A DNA stretch of 64,000 nucleotides from Antedon mediterranea (lineage: Eukaryota > Animalia > Echinodermata): the NCBI RefSeq assembly GCF_964355755.1, contig NC_092671.1, forward strand, positions 24,502,070 to 24,566,069, in the 5' to 3' direction. Below the pieces are notes generated by a model. The model ran no database searches. It had not been told where the DNA came from and saw only the letters and a list, made by a program, of their open reading frames with translations. How positions within the stretch are numbered: position 1 is the stretch's first letter; each line of letters starts with the position of its first letter. Positions 23,201 to 33,870 of this stretch are shown piece by piece. The position numbers and the translations under genes were made by a program.

Positions 23201-26026
23201 GCAATATAAGTAGTTGGCTGTTGCATAACGTGCGATCAAAAACCAACCTTTATTACAAATAGCTGCCAATGTAATAGGAAGAACAATCAAATACAAAATA
23301 TATTAACTTATAGCACCTGATTTCTGTTCAACTTCACGATGCCTTTCTAATGACCTTTTAGCAAGATGACCCCAAATTATATTTTGATCAGCTACTTTCG
23401 TTATTCGACCTTCATCAAAATAAGAACCAAAAATTGTAGCATTTGATCGATCCTACAAAAATAAATCAACAATAAAAGTAGTAGTGAATTGAAGCCCATG
23501 AAAATCATATTGTAGTGTTATGGGAAACACTTAATACATTACAAAAGCCAGATTTATTGGTTTTGAGAAACTTTTGTAAATGTAAGACTAAAGAGATGAA
23601 TACTTTAGATGAAGAAGTGATTATATTTGAGGACGGGAGTGAAGTTGGAAAATCGAAAGAGTTTCAGCAGCTTAAGCAACACTTTACAGCATGTCAGAAT
23701 ATATTAGCAGTTTCAGCAGCTTAAGCAACACTTTACAGCATGTCAGAATATATTAGCAGTTTCAGCAGCTTAAGCAACACTTTACAGCATGTCAGAATAT
23801 ATTAGCAGTTTCAGCAGCTTAAGCAACACTTTACAGCATGTCAGAATATATTAGCAGTTTCAGCAGCTTAAGCAACACTTTACAGCATGTCAGAATATAT
23901 TAGCAGTTTCAGCAGCTTAAGCAACACTTTACAGCATGTCAGAATATATTAGCAGCATCAGCTAAACTTTAGAGCATATAGCAGTTTCAGCAGATTAAGG
24001 AAAAGTTAAGAGCATGTCAATATTATAGCATTGCCATTATCAGTGCAAAAAAGAGATATAGCAATGCGTTGAAACACCGGTTCTTGTCAGATCACCGAAG
24101 TTAAGCAACGTTGGGCCCGGTTGCGTTCTGGATGGGAGACCGTCTAGAAATCGCGGCGGGTGCTGTATATACTGGAGAGTGATGGTGTAATGGTAATATC
24201 GGACTAGCATGTGATAGGCATGGATTCGAGGTTATCTGTACCATACTAATTGCATCCTTAGGCAAGATGCTTTACTCTTATTGCCTCGTCCTTCGGATGG
24301 GATGTAAAGCCGTTGGTCCCGTGTACTTAACAGTGCACGTTAAAGAACTTGGTACACTATTCGAAAAGAGTAGGGGATCGTCTCCCGGTGTGCTAATCTG
24401 GTAGGCACTGCACTGCTGGCTGCCGTGTGTCCGTGGAGGGCCTAATCCGAATTTCCTCAGTTTCCAGTTAAGCTTGAGGACAAATATGAATACCTTTACC
24501 TTTACCTAAAAATAGCAATAGCAAATAGCTTTAATAAAGGACCATATTTTTACAACTGTTTAGGGATGTACATTTGATTTCAGAATCACGAGATTAAGGA
24601 TATCGCCGCACGCGCTCGCCGTCGCCTAAAATTGCTGTGACGTCACAGGTGCATAGCAAAATCTACTTAATGAGTCCAGCGACGGCTGTATTTAAAATAT
24701 TAAAAAGTAAAAATATGGTCCTCGGTCAAGTTGTCCTTTAAGTAGTGAATAAAGCAGCATTACAAGTGCTAAACATGTGAATAATAGGTGCGTTAAAGCT
24801 TAAGCGAAACATAAGCTATGCAATAAAGAGAAAAAAGGTTATATAAAGAGGTAATTATATGCCTTTATATGTGCAAAATAGATATAGCTTATTTTTTGCT
24901 TTTTGGTGCTAGACCAATACTGCACCTAGGTGGTATCACCCAGAGTCTCAAGGTGCTGTAGAGAGATTTAAAAAACATGCTAAGATGATATTTTGTAGAA
25001 TTTCAAAGGCATTGGGACAAAGGAATTTGTACAAGAAACGTTAGGTTTGACCCTTTCGAGTTGGTTTTTGGTCATGGATCATTAAAAGTGCTTTGACCAT
25101 TAAAATTACTGAAAAATAAGTGGCTCAAGACGTAATTGTAAATTTAACTGTTAGGACTTTAAGCAATAAGCTATTTTGAGAATTAAAGATTTAGAATGTG
25201 TAAAATTGACCTTTTAAAAAGCTATTGGCACAAGCGGAATCAAAAAGTTTTGTCCCCAATTTTCCAAACTTAGCTAGCCAGTGCATTGTAGTGATAATGG
25301 GCGTAGCTGTGAAGATTGACTGTGAATAACACCACTGTATTGGTATGTTTCTTTGTGAAGATTGACTGTGAATAACACCACTGTATTGGTATGTTTCTTT
25401 GTGAAGATTGACTGTGAATAACACCACTGTATTGGTATGTTTCTTTGTGAAGATTGACTGTGAATAACACCACTGTATTGGTATGTTTCTTTGTGAAGAT
25501 TGACTGTGAATAACACCACTGTATTGGTATGTTTCTTTGTGAAGATTGACTGTGAATAACACCACTGTATTGGTATGTTTCTTTGTGAAGATTGACTGTG
25601 AATAACACCACTGTATTGGTATGTTTCTTTGTGAAGATTGACTGTGAATAACACCACTGTATTGGTATGTTTCTTTGTGAAGATTGACTGTGAATAACAC
25701 CACTGTATTGGTATGTTTCTTTGTGAAGATTGACGGTGAATAACACCACTGTATTGGTATGTTTCTTTGTGAATATTGTTTTTTGTAACATACTGTATGA
25801 ACGAAAACTGAAAATTACATAGTTGTGTACTGTACATCGTTATGTTCCAAACCTAAGAAGAAAATGTTGTGAAAACTGAGACCAAAAACAATCCATTAAA
25901 ACAAACCTGTGGTTCCTCGGGACCTATCAAGCAAACTCTAAGTTTGTTAGGGTTCTCTGAAGTTAAATGATAAGCCACTGCTGATCCCCATGTTCCTGCA
26001 CCTACAATACATATGTCAAATTCCAT
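17013..26026 (-). CDS. FAD-dependent oxidoreductase (sarcosine oxidase/DAO family-like), 398 aa
   Basis: Exons 26026-25907, 23452-23317, 19591-19046, 17864-17721 and 17263-17013 sum to 1197 nt with phases 0,1,1,1. N-terminal Rossmann motif DICIVGAGTWGSAVAYHL, FDEGRIT, C-terminal GGNGYGAKSADEIG, terminal SQL. Confidence 0.92.
17721..17864 (-). CDS. Oxidoreductase coding exon 4
   Basis: GKYYLKVGHG...KNVMA; acceptor cattag, donor GTATGT. Confidence 0.9.
18316..18795. mobile_element. Inverted-repeat relic resembling Penelope-like pseudo-LTRs
   Basis: About 110-bp inverted arms (18316-18428 vs 18683-18795); the right arm has CTGAGGA...AAAC, the left arm (minus strand) has CGAAACGTCG. Confidence 0.55.
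19046..19591 (-). CDS. Oxidoreductase coding exon 3
   Basis: GISFYEEVGYLFLGD...YILPPIKYPD; 546 nt, phase 1-1, donor GTATGA. Confidence 0.92.
19883..23250. mobile_element. Long-TIR non-autonomous DNA transposon with TA TSD, containing nested elements
   Basis: TA|AAGGTTGGTTTTTGATCGCACG...CGTGCGATCAAAAACCAACCTT|TA; about 155-bp arms, plus a further inverted pair 20055-20155 vs 21780-21880. Confidence 0.85.
21986..23078. mobile_element. Kolobok-like non-autonomous element
   Basis: TTAA TSD on both sides; TIR AATGGACCTGAAATGGA / TCCATTTCAGGTCCATT. Confidence 0.85.
23317..23452 (-). CDS. Oxidoreductase coding exon 2
   Basis: DRSNATIFGSYFDEGRITKVADQNIIWGHLAKRSLERHREVEQKS; acceptor ttgtag, donor GTGCTA. 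Confidence 0.88.
23661..23954. repeat. 49-bp tandem repeat, 6 copies plus a degenerate tail
   Basis: Unit GTTTCAGCAGCTTAAGCAACACTTTACAGCATGTCAGAATATATTAGCA. Confidence 0.95.
24066..24508 (+). mobile_element. Composite SINE: 5S rRNA-derived head + tRNA-like segment + Deu/Nin-like core + (TACCTT)n tail
   Basis: GATCACCGAAGTTAAGC...GGATGGGAGACC (5S boxes A and C), TGGTGTAATGG...GATTCGAGG (tRNA A/B-like), GTCCTTCGGATGGGATGTAAAGCCG...GCACGTTAAAGAAC...CACTATTCGAAAAGAGTAGGGG (Deu-like), tail TACCTTTACCTTTACC. Confidence 0.85.
24890..25260 (+). pseudogene. Gypsy integrase relic (catalytic-core C-terminal part)
   Basis: YHPESQGAVERF and PFELVFGH motifs, heavily frameshifted. Confidence 0.7.
25308..25775. 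repeat. 46-bp tandem repeat, about 10 copies
   Basis: Unit GTGAAGATTGACTGTGAATAACACCACTGTATTGGTATGTTTCTTT; explains three overlapping repetitive ORFs. Confidence 0.96.
25907..26026 (-). CDS. Oxidoreductase coding exon 1 (GxGxxG motif)
   Basis: MEFDICIVGAGTWGSAVAYHLTSENPNKLRVCLIGPEEPQ; acceptor ctacag at 26036-26035, donor GTTTGT. Confidence 0.9.
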
Positions 26027-26294
26027 AATATATACTGTAGAAATAAAAAAACAAAAATGTACTTATTATAGGATAGCAATGCAACTGCACCTATAGTTTT
26101 ATTTTTCTTAATTACTATTTAAGTCTAAGTTTAAAATCATTAATAAACTTAAATTTGTTTTCAACTTTCTGATCATACCTGAGCAAATCTTTTAATTGTT
26201 TTTAACCCAACAATGTTTATTTCTACTGTATTCCCAACTACATTTTAACTTCATTCAGCTGGCCATATGATAACATCACAAAAATCGGCTTTAT

Positions 26295-26530
26295 TCTGGA
26301 AACCTACTTGATGCACACATTATTGTAATTAATAGATTTTGCATTTTTAGTACATGGTATAAACCGTCCCATACTGTACAATCAACAATAACCCTTGAAA
26401 ATGTTTTCACCAATGCAGGAATAGGCTGTAGAAGTGTGGGCTACTGGAACCTTCTCCACTACCTGACACGCATCACAGGATTTACAATAGTTAGACACAT
26501 ATTTTTGGACCTGGCCAAAATTTTTCTACT
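26295..26530 (-). pseudogene. Gypsy integrase relic (zinc-binding to start of core)
   Basis: FWPG..YVSNYCKSCDACQ, FSRVIVDC and ITIMCASSRFPE on the minus strand. Confidence 0.7.
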
Positions 26531-27149
26531 TTTTTATTGACACTATAGCCTAGACTGGTTGAGAACTACCGTACCAAAATCACACACTTTGGGATGCTGT
26601 TGTTCAGCCTAGGCAGTGTGTAAGTTAGGACCTGAGCAGACAGCCTCTCCATAAAACTATCACTAAAGTCAATACTCTCATCTATGGTTTTATTTTCTAT
26701 AGATCCAGCCAAGTAATTTCCCAAAAGAAGGGTGACACCCTATACAGGAAGACTCGGATTCATATCGTTGATCAATGCTACAGAACCAGTTGAGAGGAAA
26801 GGCTTATAGCTTTCACACTTTTTCTGTGTTCTGAAGATTAGATCAACTTTTTACTTTCATCAACATCTCTTTGTTTTGAAACAGCTAGCAATCTGCCAAT
26901 GACTCTTTTTCTTGCAATAAAAAAACAATTCTAACAAATTTACTACTACTATTGACTGTAGTTTTCTGACATTAGACCTTAGAATCATCAACAGACTTTA
27001 TCCACCACCTTGTGCGTGAGCACCTAATTATCAGCAACAGAAGCAGCTTTCATTAAATTATCGACTTTAACAAAAATTATCAACTTAAAAAAAAAAGATA
27101 TAGAGCAAATTGACTTAAACCTATTAATAACAAACCAGAACTTCAAAAA

Positions 27150-27410
27150 AGTTTCAGAAGAAGAGTCTCAAAAGCTTGAGAGCTCAGTGAATTGACCTTA
27201 GCTGAGCTTAAAAATGCACTCAATCAAATGAAAAACAACAAATCACCTGGAACAGACGGCTTTACGTCTGAATTTTTCAAGATTTTTTGGGGGAAACTGG
27301 GTGCTCTACTTCTTCGTTCTTTGAAATATGGCTTTAAAACGTGTAACCTTTCAGTCACTCAAAAACCCAAAGGCGAATAAATCAAGAAAAGAATTGAAAA
27401 ATTGGCGAAA
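27150..27410 (+). pseudogene. L1/Tx1-clade ORF2 fragment (start of RT)
   Basis: ELKNALNQMKNNKSPGTDGFTSEFFKIFW...LKNWR. Confidence 0.8.
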
Positions 27411-27491
27411 AAAAATAATTTCCTTAAATACTATGGATTAATTGATGCAATTATAACTAAATACCCTTCTTTGGGTACAGAAATAAATACT

Positions 27492-30221
27492 AAACTAGAT
27501 TTAATTCGTCACTATGACGAATTATAGGTTATATGCATTGATTTAAATAAAGATAATTGATTTTTAAAAGATATATTGATTAATTTTTATCTAGATTTCA
27601 TTATAAATCATGCGTATAATAAATACACTAAGAAATAAATTTGAACAAACAATACGGATAATAAAAAAAAATCTTATTTCGTTTGCCAAGGTGAGACTCG
27701 ATTTCGGTACCTTGAATGCCATAGACACGAGCACAGACCATCGAGCCATACACAACTGACTAAAAGTTGTAGAAAAATTCCTCCGTGTATTTACTATGCA
27801 GTAACCACTTTGGTGCAAATAGATTATTACATACCGCAATGAATTATAATTTTTTACTATGATGACATCTTTAAAAATGTAAAAAAATGATGCACTGTCA
27901 AACTATATACTTTTAACTTTAATATATGAACTTCTTAAAGTGGAGCTACACTCAGACTTTCTCAGCTTATATTATGTTTAAGTATGTTTAATTGAAAGTG
28001 ATTACATAAAAAAAAATAGGAAAAATACGGAAATATTTTCCAAAAACTCATTTCTAAAAAATCGGTCAGAAAATAGTGTTTTTTAACAAATTACAGTTTT
28101 TCAGTAACTTAGGGGTTATTAGTTTACAATACGTCGCGAAACGCGTTACACTTAGCGACTGACGCGTTTTAGTCGCTGGTCAACGCATTGTGGAAATTTC
28201 TTCCCTTTGGTAAATTATGTGTCGAAAAATGGGGAATAAATTTTATACACACAATTAATACGATTTGTTTAGGCCTAAGTAATATTTCCGATAAGAATGT
28301 CAGTATAATTTACATGTAACCTCATGATTTTCACTGTACAACAACAGCATTATAATATCAGATTGCTTTTAACTTTAAGCTAGGTCTAGGCCTAGCTAAG
28401 CCGTCTGCTCAGCCTAGCTAGCCTTGAATTTTTGTCTAGAGGCCTATGTATTCATAGGCATGGTCGTTTCGCCCCATTTATCGTTCCTGGGTTTTCTCGC
28501 ATATTAAGAATTGTGAAACACAAAATCCTATACAGAACAAGAGTAGTAAAGAATAGTAAAGCGATGTGCAAGCTTAGACCTGACTGAAAAGCAACTATTC
28601 AGGCACCCTATCATGACCCATGGGTAGGCCAAGGTCGGGTAACAGCAAAACAAACTTCACTGCTGTCAGCCTAGCCTAGCTAGAGCCTGAGGCCAAGCCA
28701 CTCTAAGCAGCATCGGTACATACCTACACTCTAGTAGGCCTAGGCCTAGCTTTATTGAATATATAGCCACATCTTTCTCAAATCTCGTTAAATTTGACAT
28801 TTTAGTAATAGTCTCATAATCACATTATTACACTGTGAAACATAATAGGGTCACATTCAGAATGTTTTAATATACTTTTCGCCCGTCAAAAATAACATCG
28901 CGACAAAATAACAGATCGCCAGCTGCAGTAGCGTGATTGTGAAAAATGTCACGTGATCGTACTCCCTAGCAAAATAAAAAACCCAATTGGACCCGAACGG
29001 GGGAAAGTGTCTATTTACGCAAAATTGCGCAATGTATACGTGATAAAAATACCAGAAATAGAAAGATCTGGAAAAATTACATGAATATACATTTTACATT
29101 TTTTTTTTGGTGAAGAAATGAATTTTTTAGGATTATTCAAATATACCCCCCTTTTGCATGTAAAAGAATAGGAAATTACAAGGTATCCCCCCAAAACGCA
29201 AAAAGGCGTGATTTTCAAGAAAATCGTACTCATTGAAAAAAATTTCAAAAAAATATGAAGTATAAGGGATGATATTTTTAAATAATAGTTGAAATGTATG
29301 AAATATAGTAATTTTCTGGGTGGAGCTCCACTTTAAGAAAGAAAGTTACTGTTAAGTTTGTTATTTCGGCCTAAGAAAATGTCATAATTTGTTTGATTGT
29401 CGAAATTATTTTTTTTAAATTTAATATGCAATTAATGAAGACTTAATCAACTTTTGTTCTCTTAATTTGATAATAAATCATCATATGATACATACACTTC
29501 AAGAAAATGAAATAAAAAATAGGTGCTCCCCAGCATTCGGACGATATATATTAATTTTAAAATTTAGCATATTTTCACCATTTTGTTAACTTATACGTGC
29601 GTAGCCTGTCACTTTTGACGTGCTCGTATAACGCAATTTCGAGTTGAAAAGTGAATCAAATATGATGATATTATTAAAGAAAGACTGTAAAACAGAAATC
29701 GGGTAAAAAGAGTGCGTATTTATTAACGTTTAACGTGCAGTGCGCGTGCAAAAATCTGTGCACTCATGGCAATTTTTTAAACGCCTAAAAATCATTGCCT
29801 GAAACGTACTCTAATTTCATCGAAAATAAATTTTGAAAATTTTGAACATTTTAAGTGCGCGTACGCAAGCGTTATATGCGCTACGCACGTAATTGTATTG
29901 CCATATGATGAAATATGACCCGACATTTATGAGTACCAAATTTTGTTTAATTGTGATTCATGCTTGTGAAGATATGATTACAAACGTGATTTCGTTAAAT
30001 CGCGCGTAGACCGCGTAATGATTGATTGCACACCGTGAAAACATAACCACATCGATTCCTGGCCATAAGGAATATACTCTGAAAAATTGACTTAGCTAGA
30101 TGAAACTGATGCCAAGATAATTCACGGACAAAATAGTGCTAAGGAAAGAATAAATAAATAAATAAATAAAGATCCTGATCCTGAATCAAGAGGTTATATG
30201 CATTAATGCATATAACCTAAT
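27492..30221 (-). mobile_element. Helentron-associated (HINE/DINE-like) non-autonomous element hosting a Kolobok insertion
   Basis: One end has AAACTAG + hairpin AATTCGTCA-TGACGAATT + subTIR AGGTTATATGCATT; the other has an (AAAT)n tract and the palindrome AGGTTATATGCATTAATGCATATAACCT. Confidence 0.65.
27939..29332. mobile_element. Kolobok-like non-autonomous element
   Basis: TTAA|AGTGGAGCT...AGCTCCACT|TTAA. Confidence 0.8.
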
Positions 30222-30339
30222 TACAAAACCCAATAAATTAATTATCCATACTTGAAACCATAACAAAACCTCAAGCAGGATGTAAAGCTTTCTATAGTAA
30301 GTTTATTCAAAACAAAGACTATTACTGTAATTTGTAAAG

Positions 30340-30580
30340 CTAAACAAAAGTGGGGTAAAATCTTAACTGTTGAATTCTCGGAACATGAATGGGGAAGGAA
30401 TTAATGTTGCAACTTTTAAGGTGACCGACAACATAAAATTACAATGGTTCCAATATATAGACTTAACAATCAGTATCCTCACAACTAAAGTTTACCTTAA
30501 GATTATTAAGTACATTGACAAAGATAACTGCTCCTTTTGTAACATTAAAAGAGAAACAGTTTAAAATATCATTTATTTCG
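30340..30580 (+). pseudogene. L1/Tx1-clade ORF2 C-terminal zinc-knuckle fragment
   Basis: KLQWFQY...LTTKVYL...DNCSFCNIKRETV followed by a frameshifted HLF. Confidence 0.7.
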
Positions 30581-30689
30581 GCCCGGGACGATTTGGCACG
30601 CATAAATTTATTGGCTTTGATATGCATAATAAGCTTTTTTTTTTTATCTAACTTTATTTTCCGATTATGGGTTTAGTACTACGATTTCA

Positions 30690-32402
30690 ATCCAAGTCGG
30701 CCCCAAGTCTACTCGCCCTCAAGTCAACTCGGCCTCAAGTCAACTCGGTCAACTCAACCCCGTTAAAGTATGGAACGCAAAAAGTGCAAAGGAAGGGATC
30801 GATAAAATAATATTTCTGAATAATTCTGACTTTTAATAAATATTATTATTTAGACAAAAATACGTTTAGAAAATAAAACCAATAAAGAAGGATTTCACCA
30901 ACTTTCCTTTATTTACGTTTAATGAAATTTCAAATTTTCAAATTGCGCATGTTATGCGCGATTTGAACGATTTGCGCAATTTGAAATTGCGCAAAGAATT
31001 CTTGCGCAATTTTAAATTGCGCAAGGATTTTTGTGCGCAATTTCAAATTGCGCAATCAACTTGCGCAATTTCAAATTGTGCAAGAAAATCTTTGCGCAAT
31101 TTTAAATTACGCTGCACAATTTGTAAATTGCGCAAGATAGTTCTTGCGCAATATGACACCTTTGCGCAATTTGAAAACGAACTGTACATTTTCCCATACA
31201 TGGCTAGGCTAGGCCTAGGCAGAGGAGTTTAAAATTTAGTATTTTATTATATAAATAAGACCATTTCAATGAAGATAATGTTTAATACTCACTTTTTAAG
31301 TTTTTAATATTAGTTTAAGCTAGGCCATGTAACCTAGTCAGTATCAGTAGTCCAGACCCTAGCTAGGCTAGAGTAGTAAAGCCGGCCGCCCGCGCCGCGC
31401 CAGCCTGGTGGAACACCACCGCTTCGTTTTCCTTCGTTGGTTCTTCGACGGTATGCTAACTTATAACAATATTTTCACTACTAAAATAAGGAAATGCGAT
31501 ATTTATCTTTAATTTTGAATCATTCTTTGAAATTACTATAAAAATATGGGTGTGCATGATTTCACAATCTGTCGAAAAACCTTGCGCAATTTGCAGATTA
31601 CTTGCGCAATTTAATACGTTGCTTGCGCAATTTGAAACACATGTTTCAATTCAAATTGCGCAAGGATTTTTTTTGCGCAATTTCAAATTTCGCAAATCGT
31701 TCAAATCGCGCATAACAGCGCATAACAAACAATTTATTAATAAGCATTCATACTATTATTAATGATTACAATGAACATTTGGATAAAACACATTGTAGGC
31801 CCATAATGAAGATGCACGTACGTGGGCGCGTACATGTTCGTTCGGCGGCGTCAAATTCAATAAACATGCCAGATATGCGGGGATATTTATTAGGTGTAAT
31901 AAGATTGTTTGGTTGACTATGGAGGTATAAAATGTTAACTCCATGGTTGAATCACGCGTAGATTTCTGCAGTGTATGCATTTAATTAGGCGTCTGAAACA
32001 ACTGCGCCTTTGGCAGCTATTTTGATATGCTACGTGTTTTTCGCTGACCGGGGTATTCCCCTTTTTTAAAACGCTCACTTATTCTCAAATCATGGACAAA
32101 AATGATATGTACGATTATTTTTGTCTATGGACAAATGGTGGAACATATGCATAGCCTCGTCTTCGATTTACTAAAATGCGGTACCTGCACGTGGGTACTT
32201 CTTTTCATATCGGCAATAAGAGATCATGTTTTTATGAGTAATTTTCTTATTTCTTCATTTTTTTTAAAGCGTGGATAGTAATAATCATAATAATATTAAG
32301 CACTTTTTGCATTCCATACTTTATTGTGGCTGAATTGACCAATTATTTTTTGGCCGAGTTGACGTGAGGCCGAGTTGACTTGAGGCCGACTTGACCTGCA
32401 TT
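30690..32402. mobile_element. TIR element with subterminal AGTCAACTCGGCC repeats
   Basis: Tandem AAGTCAACTCGGCCTC at 30693-30760, inverted GAGGCCGAGTTGACTT at 32350-32400. Confidence 0.65.
30950..31717. mobile_element. TGTTA...TAACA MITE with TTGCGCAA subrepeats (Ginger-like), copy 1
   Basis: TIR TGTTATGCGCGATTTGAACGATTTGCG; 5-bp TSD GCGCA. Confidence 0.8.
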
Positions 32403-32585
32403 CAGTACTACTAGGCCTAGTACTAGGGATAAAGATGCAATAAAGCAAATATTTTGAAAACATTGTTGAAAATGATCATTTTTTAGTCACGCGAACGATG
32501 TAAACAAGTCATGCCCAAAACACAAAGTTTTCGAAGAAGTAATAAATTGAATATAAAATTACATTTTTTTTAGTAATTTATTTTA

Positions 32586-33452
32586 TGTTATGCGCGATTT
32601 GAACGATTTGCGCAATTTGAAATTGCGCAAAAAAATCCTTGCGCAATTTGAAATTGCGCAAAGAATTCTTGCGCAATTTAAAATTGCGCAAGGATTTTTT
32701 TGCGCAATTTCAAATTGCGCAATCAACTTGCGCAATTTCAAATTGCGCAAGAAAATCTTTGCGCAATTTTAAATTGCGCTGCACAATTTGTAAATTGCGC
32801 AAGATAGTTCTTGCGCAATATGACACCTTTGCGCAATTTGAAAACGAACTGTAAATTTTCAAATTGCGCAACAAAATTCTACCAGACAATCGGTATTATA
32901 ATAATTTATTGGAAACTAAATAACTCAAAATAAAACATAATAAATGCGAAGATGTGTGTAATAAATACATAACTATTATTATTACAATTAAATAATATTA
33001 TCACTGTAACTTGAAATAAATCAAAATAAATGTAAAAATTAAGTTTTTAATATTAGTTTAAGCTAACCTAGTCAGTATCAGTAGTCCAGACCCTAGCTAG
33101 GCTAGAGTAGTATAGCCGGCCGCCCGCGCCGCGCCCGCCTGGTGGAACACCACCGCTTCGTTTTCCTTCGTCGGTTCTTCGACGGTATGCTAACTTATAA
33201 CAATATTTGCACTACTAAAATAAGAAAATGCAAATATTTATCTTTAATTTTGAATCATTCTTAGAAATTACTATAAAAATATGGGTATGCATGATTTCAC
33301 AATCTGTCGAAAAACCTTGCGCAATTTGCAGATTACTTGCGCAATTTAATACGTTGCTTGCGCAATTTGAAACACATGTTTCAATTCAAATTGCGCAAGG
33401 ATTTTTTTTGCGCAATTTCAAATTGCGCAAATCGTTCAAATCGCGCATAACA
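32586..33452. mobile_element. Same MITE family, copy 2
   Basis: Same TIRs and core as copy 1; 5-bp TSD TTTTA. Confidence 0.82.
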
Positions 33453-33749
33453 TTTTATATAGGCCTAGGCCTAGGCCTATTATATCAATATTGTCAATAT
33501 CAATAAAATACGGATTGTTAAATTAAACCCCTTTAAAAACTTGATAAATACCAACAAAAATGAATATGAATTTGGTCTAAAGTGGGATGTTTCGGGCCGA
33601 ATCGTCTCGGGGCCGAATCGTCCCGTTACCAGTAAAATTCGGCTAGGTTTCGCCTAGGCCTAGACCTCGGCTAGGCCTACCCTAGCTAGGCCCTAGGCCT
33701 ACGGCGAAAATGCTATCAAATAACAAATAAACAAGTAACAAAACCTCAC

Positions 33750-33800
33750 TTGGTGGTGTCATAATAAACGCCTGAGGATCTCCAAATAACAACATATAGC
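33750..33800 (-). other. Possible non-coding first exon of the oxidoreductase gene
   Basis: Donor CAA|GTGAGG at 33749 within an AGGCCT-rich tract; the ATG exon has an acceptor, implying an upstream exon. Confidence 0.3.
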
Positions 33801-33870
33801 CTAGGCCTAGCTAGGCCTAGCCCTAGCTAGTCATAATATCCCTCATAGATAGCCCTAGGCTACGCGTAAT

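Noticed and set aside
24066-24170. Functional 5S rRNA gene
   Set aside because: 5'-truncated, diverged, lacks a T-run terminator and is fused to a SINE body.
25191-25837. Three overlapping 170-187 aa ORFs
   Set aside because: Artefacts of the 46-bp tandem repeat.
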